DNA from: a virus
Lineage: Duplodnaviria > Caudoviricetes
Length of the DNA stretch: 58,761 nucleotides
Reading direction: 5' to 3' (one strand)
Virus record (IMG/VR): IMGVR_UViG_3300049193_000020
Coordinates: 1-58,761 of that record
Each line of letters opens with the position of its first letter. The first letter of the stretch is position 1. The translations under genes and the position numbers were made by a program. Positions 1-8,257 of this stretch are shown here, one piece after another. The notes below the pieces were generated by a model, which saw nothing but the letters and a program-made list of their open reading frames with translations, was not told the origin of the DNA and ran no database searches.

Positions 1-165
1 AATCTGTTCGTCATCAATCACAATTGCCAATTTCTGCCAAGCATTATGTATATTATTAATATCTGTACTAAAGCGTTCAGCGTCCATAACATCCTCTACC
101 GCATAAATAATATCTTTCGATAGTCCACATGCCTCAATTATGCCCTCTATTTCACTGTCTAACAT
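1..165 (-). CDS. small hypothetical protein, runs off the window start
   Basis: ATG at 165-163 after an AAGGAG SD; open frame MLDSEIEGIIEACG...IDDEQI to position 1. Confidence 0.6.
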   Translation of the reverse strand, partial: MLDSEIEGIIEACGLSKDIIYAVEDVMDAERFSTDINNIHNAWQKLAIVIDDEQI

Positions 166-205
166 TTTTACGTACTCCTTTAAAAATGCGTACTCCTATA
201 AAAAT

Positions 206-490
206 TTATCTACTTATAGTATTGTTATATTTATCACGTGCAGGTATCAAATCTGCATACAGTTCTGCTATTTTAGCTAATATGTTAATGTTATAATCAC
301 TAAGCTCAAATTGGCAGCATGGCTGAATATCAAGTTTAACGCCTGTAGTTGTTGCGTCTAAGTAAAAATTATAAGCATTAGCCGATTCCAAAGCTGTCCT
401 GCGTCGTATGCTATCTGGTACAAAACAAGACGTGTTAGGTATAAATGCTTTTGTATCTATTAATTTGTGGTTAAAATCTTTTACTTTCAT
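206..490 (-). CDS. hypothetical early protein
   Basis: 94-aa ORF with AGGAG SD. Confidence 0.7.
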   Translation of the reverse strand: MKVKDFNHKLIDTKAFIPNTSCFVPDSIRRRTALESANAYNFYLDATTTGVKLDIQPCCQFELSDYNINILAKIAELYADLIPARDKYNNTISR

Positions 491-517
491 AATTTGCGTA
501 CTCCTAAAAAAAGTTAA

Positions 518-730
518 TTATTTACTTGCGCTTTGTGCAAATTGCACACCCTCTAAAAAAGCATATACTTCCGCATAAGTTCCTATATATGCCTTACGTA
601 TTCCACCATTATCATTCTCTTTTGCTACCGCATAACCACCTAACCTACCATCAAGCTGCTTTATCAGGTGATCGGATAAAGTGCTTTTGCATAACTGTTC
701 TAGTTCATTAAGTTTAGTCTTTACGTTCAT
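518..730 (-). CDS. hypothetical early protein
   Basis: 70-aa ORF with GAGGTG SD. Confidence 0.7.
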   Translation of the reverse strand: MNVKTKLNELEQLCKSTLSDHLIKQLDGRLGGYAVAKENDNGGIRKAYIGTYAEVYAFLEGVQFAQSASK

Positions 731-846
731 AATATCACCTCAAAAAAAGTTAAAAGGGTGGCAGCTAGGTGAATAACTTCTAACTGCCTATGCTGCTGAG
801 TGTCAAATGTGGGAATTTGAGACCCTTGTTTTACTCAGCGTTGCAT
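731..846 (-). ncRNA. putative structured intergenic RNA (pseudoknot-like)
   Basis: Stems GCTGAGT/ACTCAGC, TCAAAT/ATTTGA, GGCAGTTAG/CTAGCTGCC and cross-pairing AAGGGT/ACCCTT on the minus strand. Confidence 0.45.
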
Positions 847-1359
847 TTATTCGTCAATTTCGGCTAATGCGTTTAATAATGCTTGCCCCTCTCTCAGAGC
901 AGCATCTTGATTATAAATACCTTTAACTATATAATCACGATCTTTGATTGCATCTTTAATGGTGTTATAAAACCTATCACTATCTGATGACCAAGTACCG
1001 CCGCAAGCGTACTTATTACCGTAATTGCCTTTACTATAACAATTAACCCAGCCATGATCTTTTCGCCAATTTAATAAAATACCTGTATGTTTCGCACCGA
1101 TATATATCGCCCTAAGTTCACCACTGTATTCATTTCGTACATCATCTGTACTTTCTAACATCCATTCATAATTAATTTCTAAAAAATCAGGCAATAGCAG
1201 AGTTTTTTGCGTATACCGCTTATTGCCAATATAGATATATTTACCAATTATTGGCGCATAATCTATTTTAACTGGCTTATCTGTAATTAATGCAATTAAT
1301 GACAGAGTGTCGTCTGTCGCATTAATAATTGCGTCATGTGCTGCTTTAATTATTCTCAT
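847..1359 (-). CDS. hypothetical early protein
   Basis: 170-aa ORF, AAGGA SD. Confidence 0.75.
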   Translation of the reverse strand: MRIIKAAHDAIINATDDTLSLIALITDKPVKIDYAPIIGKYIYIGNKRYTQKTLLLPDFLEINYEWMLESTDDVRNEYSGELRAIYIGAKHTGILLNWRKDHGWVNCYSKGNYGNKYACGGTWSSDSDRFYNTIKDAIKDRDYIVKGIYNQDAALREGQALLNALAEIDE

Positions 1360-1403
1360 TTTGTCAATTCCTTTAAGCCGCCACAGCGGGGGTTATAATA
1401 ATA

Positions 1404-1506
1404 GTAAAGTTAGCCACTTTCTAAGCTGCGTGTGTGTCCTAAGCTGCCTATGCGGCAGTAAAGGCTAACTTTACCATCAGCAGTATTATCTATAGATTGA
1501 TACTGC
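1404..1506 (-). ncRNA. putative structured intergenic RNA
   Basis: Perfect 12-bp inverted repeat 1404-1415/1463-1474 enclosing a CTGCC-GCATA-GGCAG hairpin; adjacent AGCAGTAT/ATACTGCT hairpin. Confidence 0.45.
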
Positions 1507-1517
1507 TTGTGCTAGAG

Positions 1518-2111
1518 TTAAGCTACTTTATACATTTTTTCGTATTTGCGATAAATCGCGTCAGTAATTCGCTGCTGCTCAATATTAGACAGATCAATTA
1601 ATGTATCTGATATTGATTCAATTTCTGATTCTGCGCAGTTATAAGCAGCCATAGCTCTTTTTTCATCTTTCATTTTTTCAAGTTCATGATTGATATATTC
1701 TGCTAATTCTTGTGCTTCTCTTAATTTATCAGATTTTAGTTCTGAGTTAAATTCTGATCGCTTAGGTTCATTTAACTGAATTACAGCATTTAATATATCT
1801 TGCAAACTAGTAGAACGTAACTTGTAATAGTCTATATTCAAACTTGCATATATTTCGCAATTGTTTTCCAAAAATTCATCAATATTATCAGCAATTAATA
1901 TACGTGATTGATTAATACGATTAAAGCCTTTATTTAAATATTGATATACTTTTTTAGTAACTTTATCAACATAAAAACTAAGACTATAGAAATTATATGC
2001 TACTTCTGATGTTGCTATTTCTATTAATTTATTGTTATTAATAGATGATCGTTCTTGTAAAAAGTCGTTAAATTTATTAACTTCAATATTGTTTTTGCTT
2101 AAAAATTTCAT
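1518..2111 (-). CDS. hypothetical early protein (helical C-terminus)
   Basis: 197-aa ORF, AAGGA SD. Confidence 0.75.
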   Translation of the reverse strand: MKFLSKNNIEVNKFNDFLQERSSINNNKLIEIATSEVAYNFYSLSFYVDKVTKKVYQYLNKGFNRINQSRILIADNIDEFLENNCEIYASLNIDYYKLRSTSLQDILNAVIQLNEPKRSEFNSELKSDKLREAQELAEYINHELEKMKDEKRAMAAYNCAESEIESISDTLIDLSNIEQQRITDAIYRKYEKMYKVA

Positions 2112-2142
2112 GATGTAAATTCCTTTTAAAATCCTTTTAAAA

Positions 2143-2301
2143 TTAATGATTTTCTATCAAGCTGATAGTTTTATTATCATTAAACACAAATATAGCATGT
2201 CTGTTAAATAAGACAGCTAGACAGTATGCAATTTTAGAGTTTTTGTCAAATTCAAATCTACTTAAAAAACGGATTAGCGGTAATAGTATTTGATGTATCA
2301 T
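2143..2301 (-). CDS. small hypothetical protein (52 aa, not in ORF track)
   Basis: GAGG SD, ATG at 2301, MIHQILLPLIRF...LIENH*. Confidence 0.5.
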   Translation of the reverse strand: MIHQILLPLIRFLSRFEFDKNSKIAYCLAVLFNRHAIFVFNDNKTISLIENH

Positions 2302-2314
2302 CTTCAAAACCTCT

Positions 2315-2443
2315 TTAAATTAACTCATAATCATAATTATAGTCATGCTCGCTTAACACATCATCAGCTAAGATATGCTTAGCTTCTAATGCTATTTGAT
2401 TGTACTGCTCATCGTCTATGTCTAAGTCTATTATTGTATTCAT
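2315..2443 (-). CDS. small highly acidic protein (42 aa), first gene after the leftward promoter
   Basis: AAGGA SD; MNTIIDLDIDDEQYNQIALEAKHILADDVLSEHDYNYDYELI*; 12 D/E versus 1 K. Confidence 0.6.
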   Translation of the reverse strand: MNTIIDLDIDDEQYNQIALEAKHILADDVLSEHDYNYDYELI

Positions 2444-2494
2444 GTTTGTATTCCTTTAAAATTTTAGAGATCTTTTTTTATCTCTTATAGCATT

Positions 2495-2524
2495 ATTATA
2501 TCATTATATTATACATAATGTCAA
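2495..2524 (-). promoter_or_regulatory. consensus sigma70 early promoter (leftward)
   Basis: TTGACA-N18-TATAAT with TG extended -10 on the minus strand. Confidence 0.8.
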
Positions 2525-2653
2525 CATATTATTACTTTATTTTATAGTTATTTGTGTCCATTTTTACAGACGTATTATTAGCATAAACATCTGATCTACA
2601 ATCATATATTTGTAGATTTGTAAACTCCTTATTTACGGACATAATATTATAGG

Positions 2654-2679
2654 TGTTATAATTGATAATGTGATATAAT
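2654..2679 (+). promoter_or_regulatory. rightward extended -10 promoter(s)
   Basis: TGTTATAAT (2654-2662) and TGATATAAT (2671-2679) upstream of the 2714 ORF. Confidence 0.5.
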
Positions 2680-2713
2680 TTATATGTAAATATTATTTGT
2701 TAAGGAATTAATC

Positions 2714-3328
2714 ATGCAACAGATACTAGATCAAGAATATCTTGTTTATCAACATCGTAATGTAATCATTAATGAAGTGTTTTATATCGGTAGCGGAACT
2801 CGTGAAAGAGCTTCACAATTTGGTGAGAGACAAAGATCAGTTATGTGGAACTTGTACGTTAAAAATAATAATCTTAAAACTGATGTATGGGCTAGAAATG
2901 CTGATGTAGTTAAATGTGCAGCTCGTAAACATCTATTTGCTGATAAAGTAAACGTTGAAATTATTTGTGTTTGCAAAAATAGAGATGAAGCAATTAAAAT
3001 TGAACAAGAACTAATTCAACAAAATTATGGTAAGCAGGGCTATAAGCTAGTTAATAATTTTATGCAGGAACACAGAAGCAGTGAATTGACTAAGCAAAGG
3101 AGTGAAATTGTTAGTAATGCAAGAAGCAAAGCTATTATTAATCTACAATCTAATATTAAATACAAGAATGCACAAATAGCTGCTTATGAATTAGGATTGA
3201 AAAGATCAACTATATCAAAACAATGCAATAATAATCATGCTAGATTGCTAAACAAACAAGCATTAATAGATACAGAAAATGGTAAATTCATATTTCAAGA
3301 TGATGCAACATTAGCAGTAGCAATTTAA
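2714..3328 (+). CDS. GIY-YIG family homing endonuclease with C-terminal NUMOD1-like HTH
   Basis: YLVYQH...FYIGSG..R motif, conserved E (IEQELI) and N (LVN); C-terminal IINLQSNIKYKNAQIAAYELGLKRSTISKQC. Confidence 0.75.
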   Translation: MQQILDQEYLVYQHRNVIINEVFYIGSGTRERASQFGERQRSVMWNLYVKNNNLKTDVWARNADVVKCAARKHLFADKVNVEIICVCKNRDEAIKIEQELIQQNYGKQGYKLVNNFMQEHRSSELTKQRSEIVSNARSKAIINLQSNIKYKNAQIAAYELGLKRSTISKQCNNNHARLLNKQALIDTENGKFIFQDDATLAVAI

Positions 3329-3691
3329 ACATATACTTACTATTATCATTATAATAGAGAGTTTAAATATTACGCTTAGCAGCCTACTTCTGAGGGTTGA
3401 ATTTGGGGTTGGGTATGAACCCCCTCTCAAAAATATACTAAAATTTTGAAGAGTTTAATCTCCGCTACGCTACGATACTGACTACCTGCTGCGCAAGGGT
3501 AGTCGTCATTAGCTCCCGCTGGTCGCTAATGAATATTATAAAGCACTGAATTTATTGTGATCAGTAAAGAAGTTACAAATAAAGAACCTAGTAATAGCAA
3601 GGGGTTTAGCAATATTGGGGAAAATGAGTAATATTAAAAAACAATAATAGTATATAATAATGGCTTATATGTATTTAGTTGGGTTTAATTA

Positions 3692-3811
3692 ATGGATAAC
3701 TCATTTGTTAAAATTGTTTGTCCTAAGTGTAAAGATATTCCTAATAAACAATGCACTAGATGTAAAGGTAGGGGTTATATTATCTCTAAGAGAAATACGG
3801 TTAAACTATGA
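3692..3811 (+). CDS. small zinc-finger protein (39 aa, DnaJ-type CxxC..CxxCxGxG)
   Basis: MDNSFVKIVCPKCKDIPNKQCTRCKGRGY...; stop overlaps next ATG (ATGA). Confidence 0.6.
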   Translation: MDNSFVKIVCPKCKDIPNKQCTRCKGRGYIISKRNTVKL

Positions 3812-4128
3812 AAACTACTAATAGACTTGAGTTAGGATATGGATTCTATAATTGGGTTGGATGTGGTATATCACAGGCTTATTATCGTTATAGCGCCTAT
3901 AGAAGCCTTATAGATTATCTTATAGATCAAATAGGTATACCTAAGAGCGATGCAGAAGCTCAGGAGATTGATAAAATAGCCTCTATAGTGGGTGGCTATT
4001 CTATTAAACCTCATACTATAGATGTATTAGTTAAGTTTCTTAATGATCCAGTTTGTGATTTGCTGAAAAAGCATTCTAAATCTATTTATGATAAACTTAT
4101 CAATGACCAATCTGCCAGTAATCCTTAA
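3808..4128 (+). CDS. hypothetical protein
   Basis: 106-aa ORF coupled to neighbours. Confidence 0.6.
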   Translation: MKTTNRLELGYGFYNWVGCGISQAYYRYSAYRSLIDYLIDQIGIPKSDAEAQEIDKIASIVGGYSIKPHTIDVLVKFLNDPVCDLLKKHSKSIYDKLINDQSASNP

Positions 4129-5341
4129 TTATAAAGAATTCTTTGATACTTTAGTTGATGGTATGAGTATCAATAGCTCTTATATTACCTATAATAATGC
4201 TAGTAAACGTGCTTTACATTATGATTATTATACTATTATCTATAATGATGAAGCCTTTGACCTTAAAACTCGTGTAGAATGGGAACTTTATGTTAAGAAA
4301 TATTTTAAAAATAAGTCCCTATTCAATAAATGGTGCAAAACTAAACGTAATCAGCCTAAAAAATGCTATGATCATATACAATTTATCACTTCTGGATTTA
4401 ATATATATTTTTTACCAGTGGATAACTATCTGGAAGCATATACTAGAACTGAAAAAAAGGGGTTTCAATTACATTTTCTAACTTGTAGCACTAAATTAGA
4501 GAAATTTTGGAAAGAATGTATTACCTATCTGCAAATTAGTGGTAATACTATGGCTTCATACAGTGTACCAGATTATATTCTAATTAATGCTCTTAAAAAA
4601 GCAGTGGCTAATAAAGTAAATTTTATCTCTGATATACGTAAAATCTCTAATATTGTATCCGTTCCTACTCATTTGTATATTGATCTTAATCTACCTAAAG
4701 CTTGTGAAAAACATATCGAAGCTTGGATAATATTTATGAGTCAATTCTCTACAGAGAAAATGCGTATTCAATTTATGTCTTGGATATATGGACTATTCTA
4801 TGATAAAGATAATGATAGACGTATACTTTGGATACAGGGTGATAATGATACTGGCAAATCAAGTGTTAGTAATGCACTTACTAAATTTATTATGAATATT
4901 AATAAACATTCAGTTAAGGATTTAGCTGATAATAAAGACCTATTTAAACTGGATAACTTCGATAAATGTAGACTACTTATTATTGCAGATTTGAAAAATC
5001 CTAATATCTTTGAAAATCAGTTGATATATAATATCACTGGAGGAGACTATCAGGGAATACGTGAACCTAGAGAAGCGCCACGTTTAGTACAGATTATGTC
5101 TAAAATCCTAGTTACCAGTAATATAGCTCCAAATGTTAATAAACATAAAGGTGATCAGGTTAGTAGAATGCTATATATAAATATGAATCAAACTAATATT
5201 TTAGCTGTTAAAGATAAAATTAATGATACGTATCGCCAAAGATTGGAAAATCAATTACCTATGTTTATTAGTTACTGTAAAGAGTTTTATACTAAACCTA
5301 AGCGCTATAGAAAGAAAGAATATGCAGTTAAGCACTATTAA
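4088..5341 (+). CDS. superfamily 3 helicase-like ATPase (D5/P4-primase C-terminal type)
   Basis: Walker A GDNDTGKS, Walker B-like RLLIIAD, ITGGD, motif C KILVTSN, Arg-finger region SRML. Confidence 0.75.
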   Translation: MINLSMTNLPVILNYKEFFDTLVDGMSINSSYITYNNASKRALHYDYYTIIYNDEAFDLKTRVEWELYVKKYFKNKSLFNKWCKTKRNQPKKCYDHIQFITSGFNIYFLPVDNYLEAYTRTEKKGFQLHFLTCSTKLEKFWKECITYLQISGNTMASYSVPDYILINALKKAVANKVNFISDIRKISNIVSVPTHLYIDLNLPKACEKHIEAWIIFMSQFSTEKMRIQFMSWIYGLFYDKDNDRRILWIQGDNDTGKSSVSNALTKFIMNINKHSVKDLADNKDLFKLDNFDKCRLLIIADLKNPNIFENQLIYNITGGDYQGIREPREAPRLVQIMSKILVTSNIAPNVNKHKGDQVSRMLYINMNQTNILAVKDKINDTYRQRLENQLPMFISYCKEFYTKPKRYRKKEYAVKHY

Positions 5342-5909
5342 TATTCCTGAATCATTTAAAAACTCTCTAAGAGAATTATATCTTACATATTATCAACTAT
5401 TAAGTATGAAAAATATGGATGAGTTTATATTAATGGCTTTTACTGCAACTTTAGATATTTTAGATAAACAAAGTAAATATAAACATATTTTGGGTTATAT
5501 AAACTTTGAGAATAAGGATGTTGTTACTGAATATAAACCTGAATATCCTGAGGCTTATATGAATTATGCTGCTACTTATATTAATTCTGATGGATTCTTT
5601 GGATTATATAAAATACCTGGATCATGCAAAACATCATGGATGAAATATCCTGAATGGAAATATGCAGTAGATCTAGTACCCGATATTACCGCTGACTTAT
5701 TAAATAAAAGTGTACAGGCTTTGTCTAATAATCTTAGTGATGTTGGAGATCTTAAGGCTCTTACTACTCTAATTAATAAGGCTCTTGACCTTAATTTTAG
5801 AATCTCTAAAGATAGTGGACACCTTAAAGATGATTATAAGAAAAAATCAGCATCTAAAAATGATAATAAAGATGTTAGCAGTGAAGATATTAACTTAGAT
5901 ATACTTTAA
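5223..5909 (+). CDS. hypothetical protein, possible terminase small subunit (start probably ATG 5322)
   Basis: Position upstream of TerL; helical with charged C-terminus. Confidence 0.4.
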   Translation: MIRIAKDWKINYLCLLVTVKSFILNLSAIERKNMQLSTINIPESFKNSLRELYLTYYQLLSMKNMDEFILMAFTATLDILDKQSKYKHILGYINFENKDVVTEYKPEYPEAYMNYAATYINSDGFFGLYKIPGSCKTSWMKYPEWKYAVDLVPDITADLLNKSVQALSNNLSDVGDLKALTTLINKALDLNFRISKDSGHLKDDYKKKSASKNDNKDVSSEDINLDIL

Positions 5910-5920
5910 AGGAGAAATGT

Positions 5921-6250
5921 ATGTATGCAGTTATCACACCACATAATTTAGTTGTAGGATTTGTGGACTCAGTTATTGAATTCACTGATAAGTATTTTAT
6001 AGCAAATGCTGATTATAGAATTGTTGAAATTTCTAATCAACAAGAAGTTAAAGAGTTATTAACTATTAAACCCATATTAAAAGGCGATATTTTTTATTAT
6101 GATTGTGCATTTAAAACAATAACTGTAAATGTTACTAGATTTCTACATGTTATTAGTATTACTAATGATGAACTACAAGCAATACGAAATTATGTTAAAA
6201 ATGCTCCATTTCTTAAACGACTTAAATATCTATTTACTAGGAGAATATAA
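5921..6250 (+). CDS. hypothetical protein
   Basis: 109-aa ORF, AAGGAG SD. Confidence 0.7.
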   Translation: MYAVITPHNLVVGFVDSVIEFTDKYFIANADYRIVEISNQQEVKELLTIKPILKGDIFYYDCAFKTITVNVTRFLHVISITNDELQAIRNYVKNAPFLKRLKYLFTRRI

Positions 6251-6519
6251 TGCCTACTGAATATACTTATGAAAACTTAATTACTGGTCTATTAAATGGC
6301 ACTATCCTACTTGCATCAGGTAATATAGCTAAACTTACTCGATATACATATTATAATCCTTATAAAAATGATACGAGTTATCCATTTCCTACGGCATATG
6401 TCAATATTACTAATAGCAATATTGATGTTAATAACTGTGATACTAATAATACTTCTTTCTTTTGTACCGATTTTCTATCAACTGTTACGGATTGGATTTT
6501 ACTAAATGCAGCAGTATGA
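6250..6519 (+). CDS. hypothetical protein
   Basis: 89-aa ORF, GAGGAG SD, TAATG overlap. Confidence 0.65.
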   Translation: MPTEYTYENLITGLLNGTILLASGNIAKLTRYTYYNPYKNDTSYPFPTAYVNITNSNIDVNNCDTNNTSFFCTDFLSTVTDWILLNAAV

Positions 6520-8257
6520 TCAATCTGTAATAGATAAATTAAAAGAAAAATATAAAAATAATTCTATCTCTCAACAAGAGTTAAAATATCTATATAAGGC
6601 TCAGATCGAAAACTGCCGTAACTCATTTCCAGCTTATTGCGCCAAAATGCTTCCCTTTATTACTGGGGATAAAACAGCTAAATTCGCTTGGTTTCAACAT
6701 GTTATTATGGATGAGTTAGATGGTGTATTTAATGATCCAAATGACCTAAAAAGAATGATACTGCGTATGCCTGATCAGCATTCTAAAACTATGTTGGCTG
6801 GTTTATGTGCAGCTTCATACCTATTAGGTAAGTATCCTAATGGTAGAGGTGCATATATTACCTATTCAGATAAAAGAGCTAAAACACCCTGTAGTGATAT
6901 TCTAAGAATTGTAAGCTCAGATGAATATAGAAAGATATTTCCTGAGTTTAAATTGCCCGATGATTTAACCTTAGAGCTTAAAATATCCCAAAAAAGACAG
7001 CAGAAACTTAGTGTATCTCATTTTACTAATGCAAATAGTCCTGAGGGGTATCAGGGTGGGCTATCTGGATTTGGTATCACATCTGGTGCAGTAGGTTTCT
7101 CCTATGACTGGATTATTATGGATGACTTGTTTAACGGATTTGAAGAAGCTAATAGTCCAGTTATTCATGAATCTAGATGGAATATTTTTCTTGGTAATAT
7201 CCTTTCTCGTCAACAAAAAAATACTATTATGCTACTCTTTGGCACATGGTGGCATCCAGATGATGTAATAGGTAGGTTAGAACGCCATATCAAAGAAAAA
7301 CAAGAAAATAATGAACCCATGGTAGGCTGGAAAAATATAGTATTTAATGCTCAAAAGGATGAACGAGATTATCCATATGACCATAGAAAAATAGGAGAAT
7401 ATTTGTTCCCTGAACTAAAAATGAATTATTACCTGGATATGAAAGCATTAGCTCCTCTCATGTGGCAGATTAAATGCCAAAATATAGTTGTAGACTTTGC
7501 TAAGAAATTGTTCCATCCAGATGACTTTCAATGGTATATGCAAGAACCAGATCACTTCCAGAAAAAGATTATTACCATAGACCCTAATAATGGTAAACAG
7601 GGCAAGAAAACCGATGATTGCGCAGTAAATGTATTAGGGTTTAAGAAGCCTAAAGTGTATATTGTAGAAACCTTATCTCTTAATATGATTGATGTTATTG
7701 AACAGGCTAGGCAGGTAGCTGAGTTAGTCTCTCGCCATCCTGATTATGATTTTGTCCTGCTCGAAGATAGTGCTAATGGTATGAGTCTGTATACCATCCT
7801 TACTCGTGAATATTTTATTAGATGTAGAATGTTTAATCCTCGTGGTAAGTTTGCTTCAGGTATCAATGAAAACCTTACTGGTGGTAAAATAGGCAAATAT
7901 GAACGGGCATATAGTGTACAATGCTACTTTAAAAATGGTCAGATTGTGTTCCCGCATAAGTCGGTTAATCCGAAAATTGCTAAAGTTTATAAACAGTTTA
8001 TTAACTTTACTGGTGAGGATTATGCAGGATCAGATGATGCCTTTAAAGATGATCATGTGGATTCTATTGTGCAAGCATTGATCGAAATGGAAAAGTTTAT
8101 GCGGGCAGTGCCTCAAGGTAGGCTAAATTGTAATATACCTATAGATATGCCCAAAGTTGGTAATAATATGTCCTACCAGCTTAGCACTAGAAATAATATA
8201 CGTAGACCTATACATATGGCAAATGGCTTTAACTTAAGAGGAAAACTCGGAAGATGA
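6506..8257 (+). CDS. terL: terminase large subunit
   Basis: Walker A-like LRMPDQHSKT, Walker B WIIMDD, motif GTWWHPDD, RNase H-like ITIDP...LLEDSANG...DDHVDS. Confidence 0.92.
   Translation: MQQYDQSVIDKLKEKYKNNSISQQELKYLYKAQIENCRNSFPAYCAKMLPFITGDKTAKFAWFQHVIMDELDGVFNDPNDLKRMILRMPDQHSKTMLAGLCAASYLLGKYPNGRGAYITYSDKRAKTPCSDILRIVSSDEYRKIFPEFKLPDDLTLELKISQKRQQKLSVSHFTNANSPEGYQGGLSGFGITSGAVGFSYDWIIMDDLFNGFEEANSPVIHESRWNIFLGNILSRQQKNTIMLLFGTWWHPDDVIGRLERHIKEKQENNEPMVGWKNIVFNAQKDERDYPYDHRKIGEYLFPELKMNYYLDMKALAPLMWQIKCQNIVVDFAKKLFHPDDFQWYMQEPDHFQKKIITIDPNNGKQGKKTDDCAVNVLGFKKPKVYIVETLSLNMIDVIEQARQVAELVSRHPDYDFVLLEDSANGMSLYTILTREYFIRCRMFNPRGKFASGINENLTGGKIGKYERAYSVQCYFKNGQIVFPHKSVNPKIAKVYKQFINFTGEDYAGSDDAFKDDHVDSIVQALIEMEKFMRAVPQGRLNCNIPIDMPKVGNNMSYQLSTRNNIRRPIHMANGFNLRGKLGR

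Noticed and set aside
168-515. Repeated CGTACTCCT words at about 171, 189 and 497
   Set aside because: These are reverse complements of a reused AGGAGTACG ribosome-binding sequence, not a separate repeat element
2714-3328. Group I intron around the GIY-YIG gene
   Set aside because: It has its own SD and promoter and does not interrupt a recognisable gene; appears free-standing
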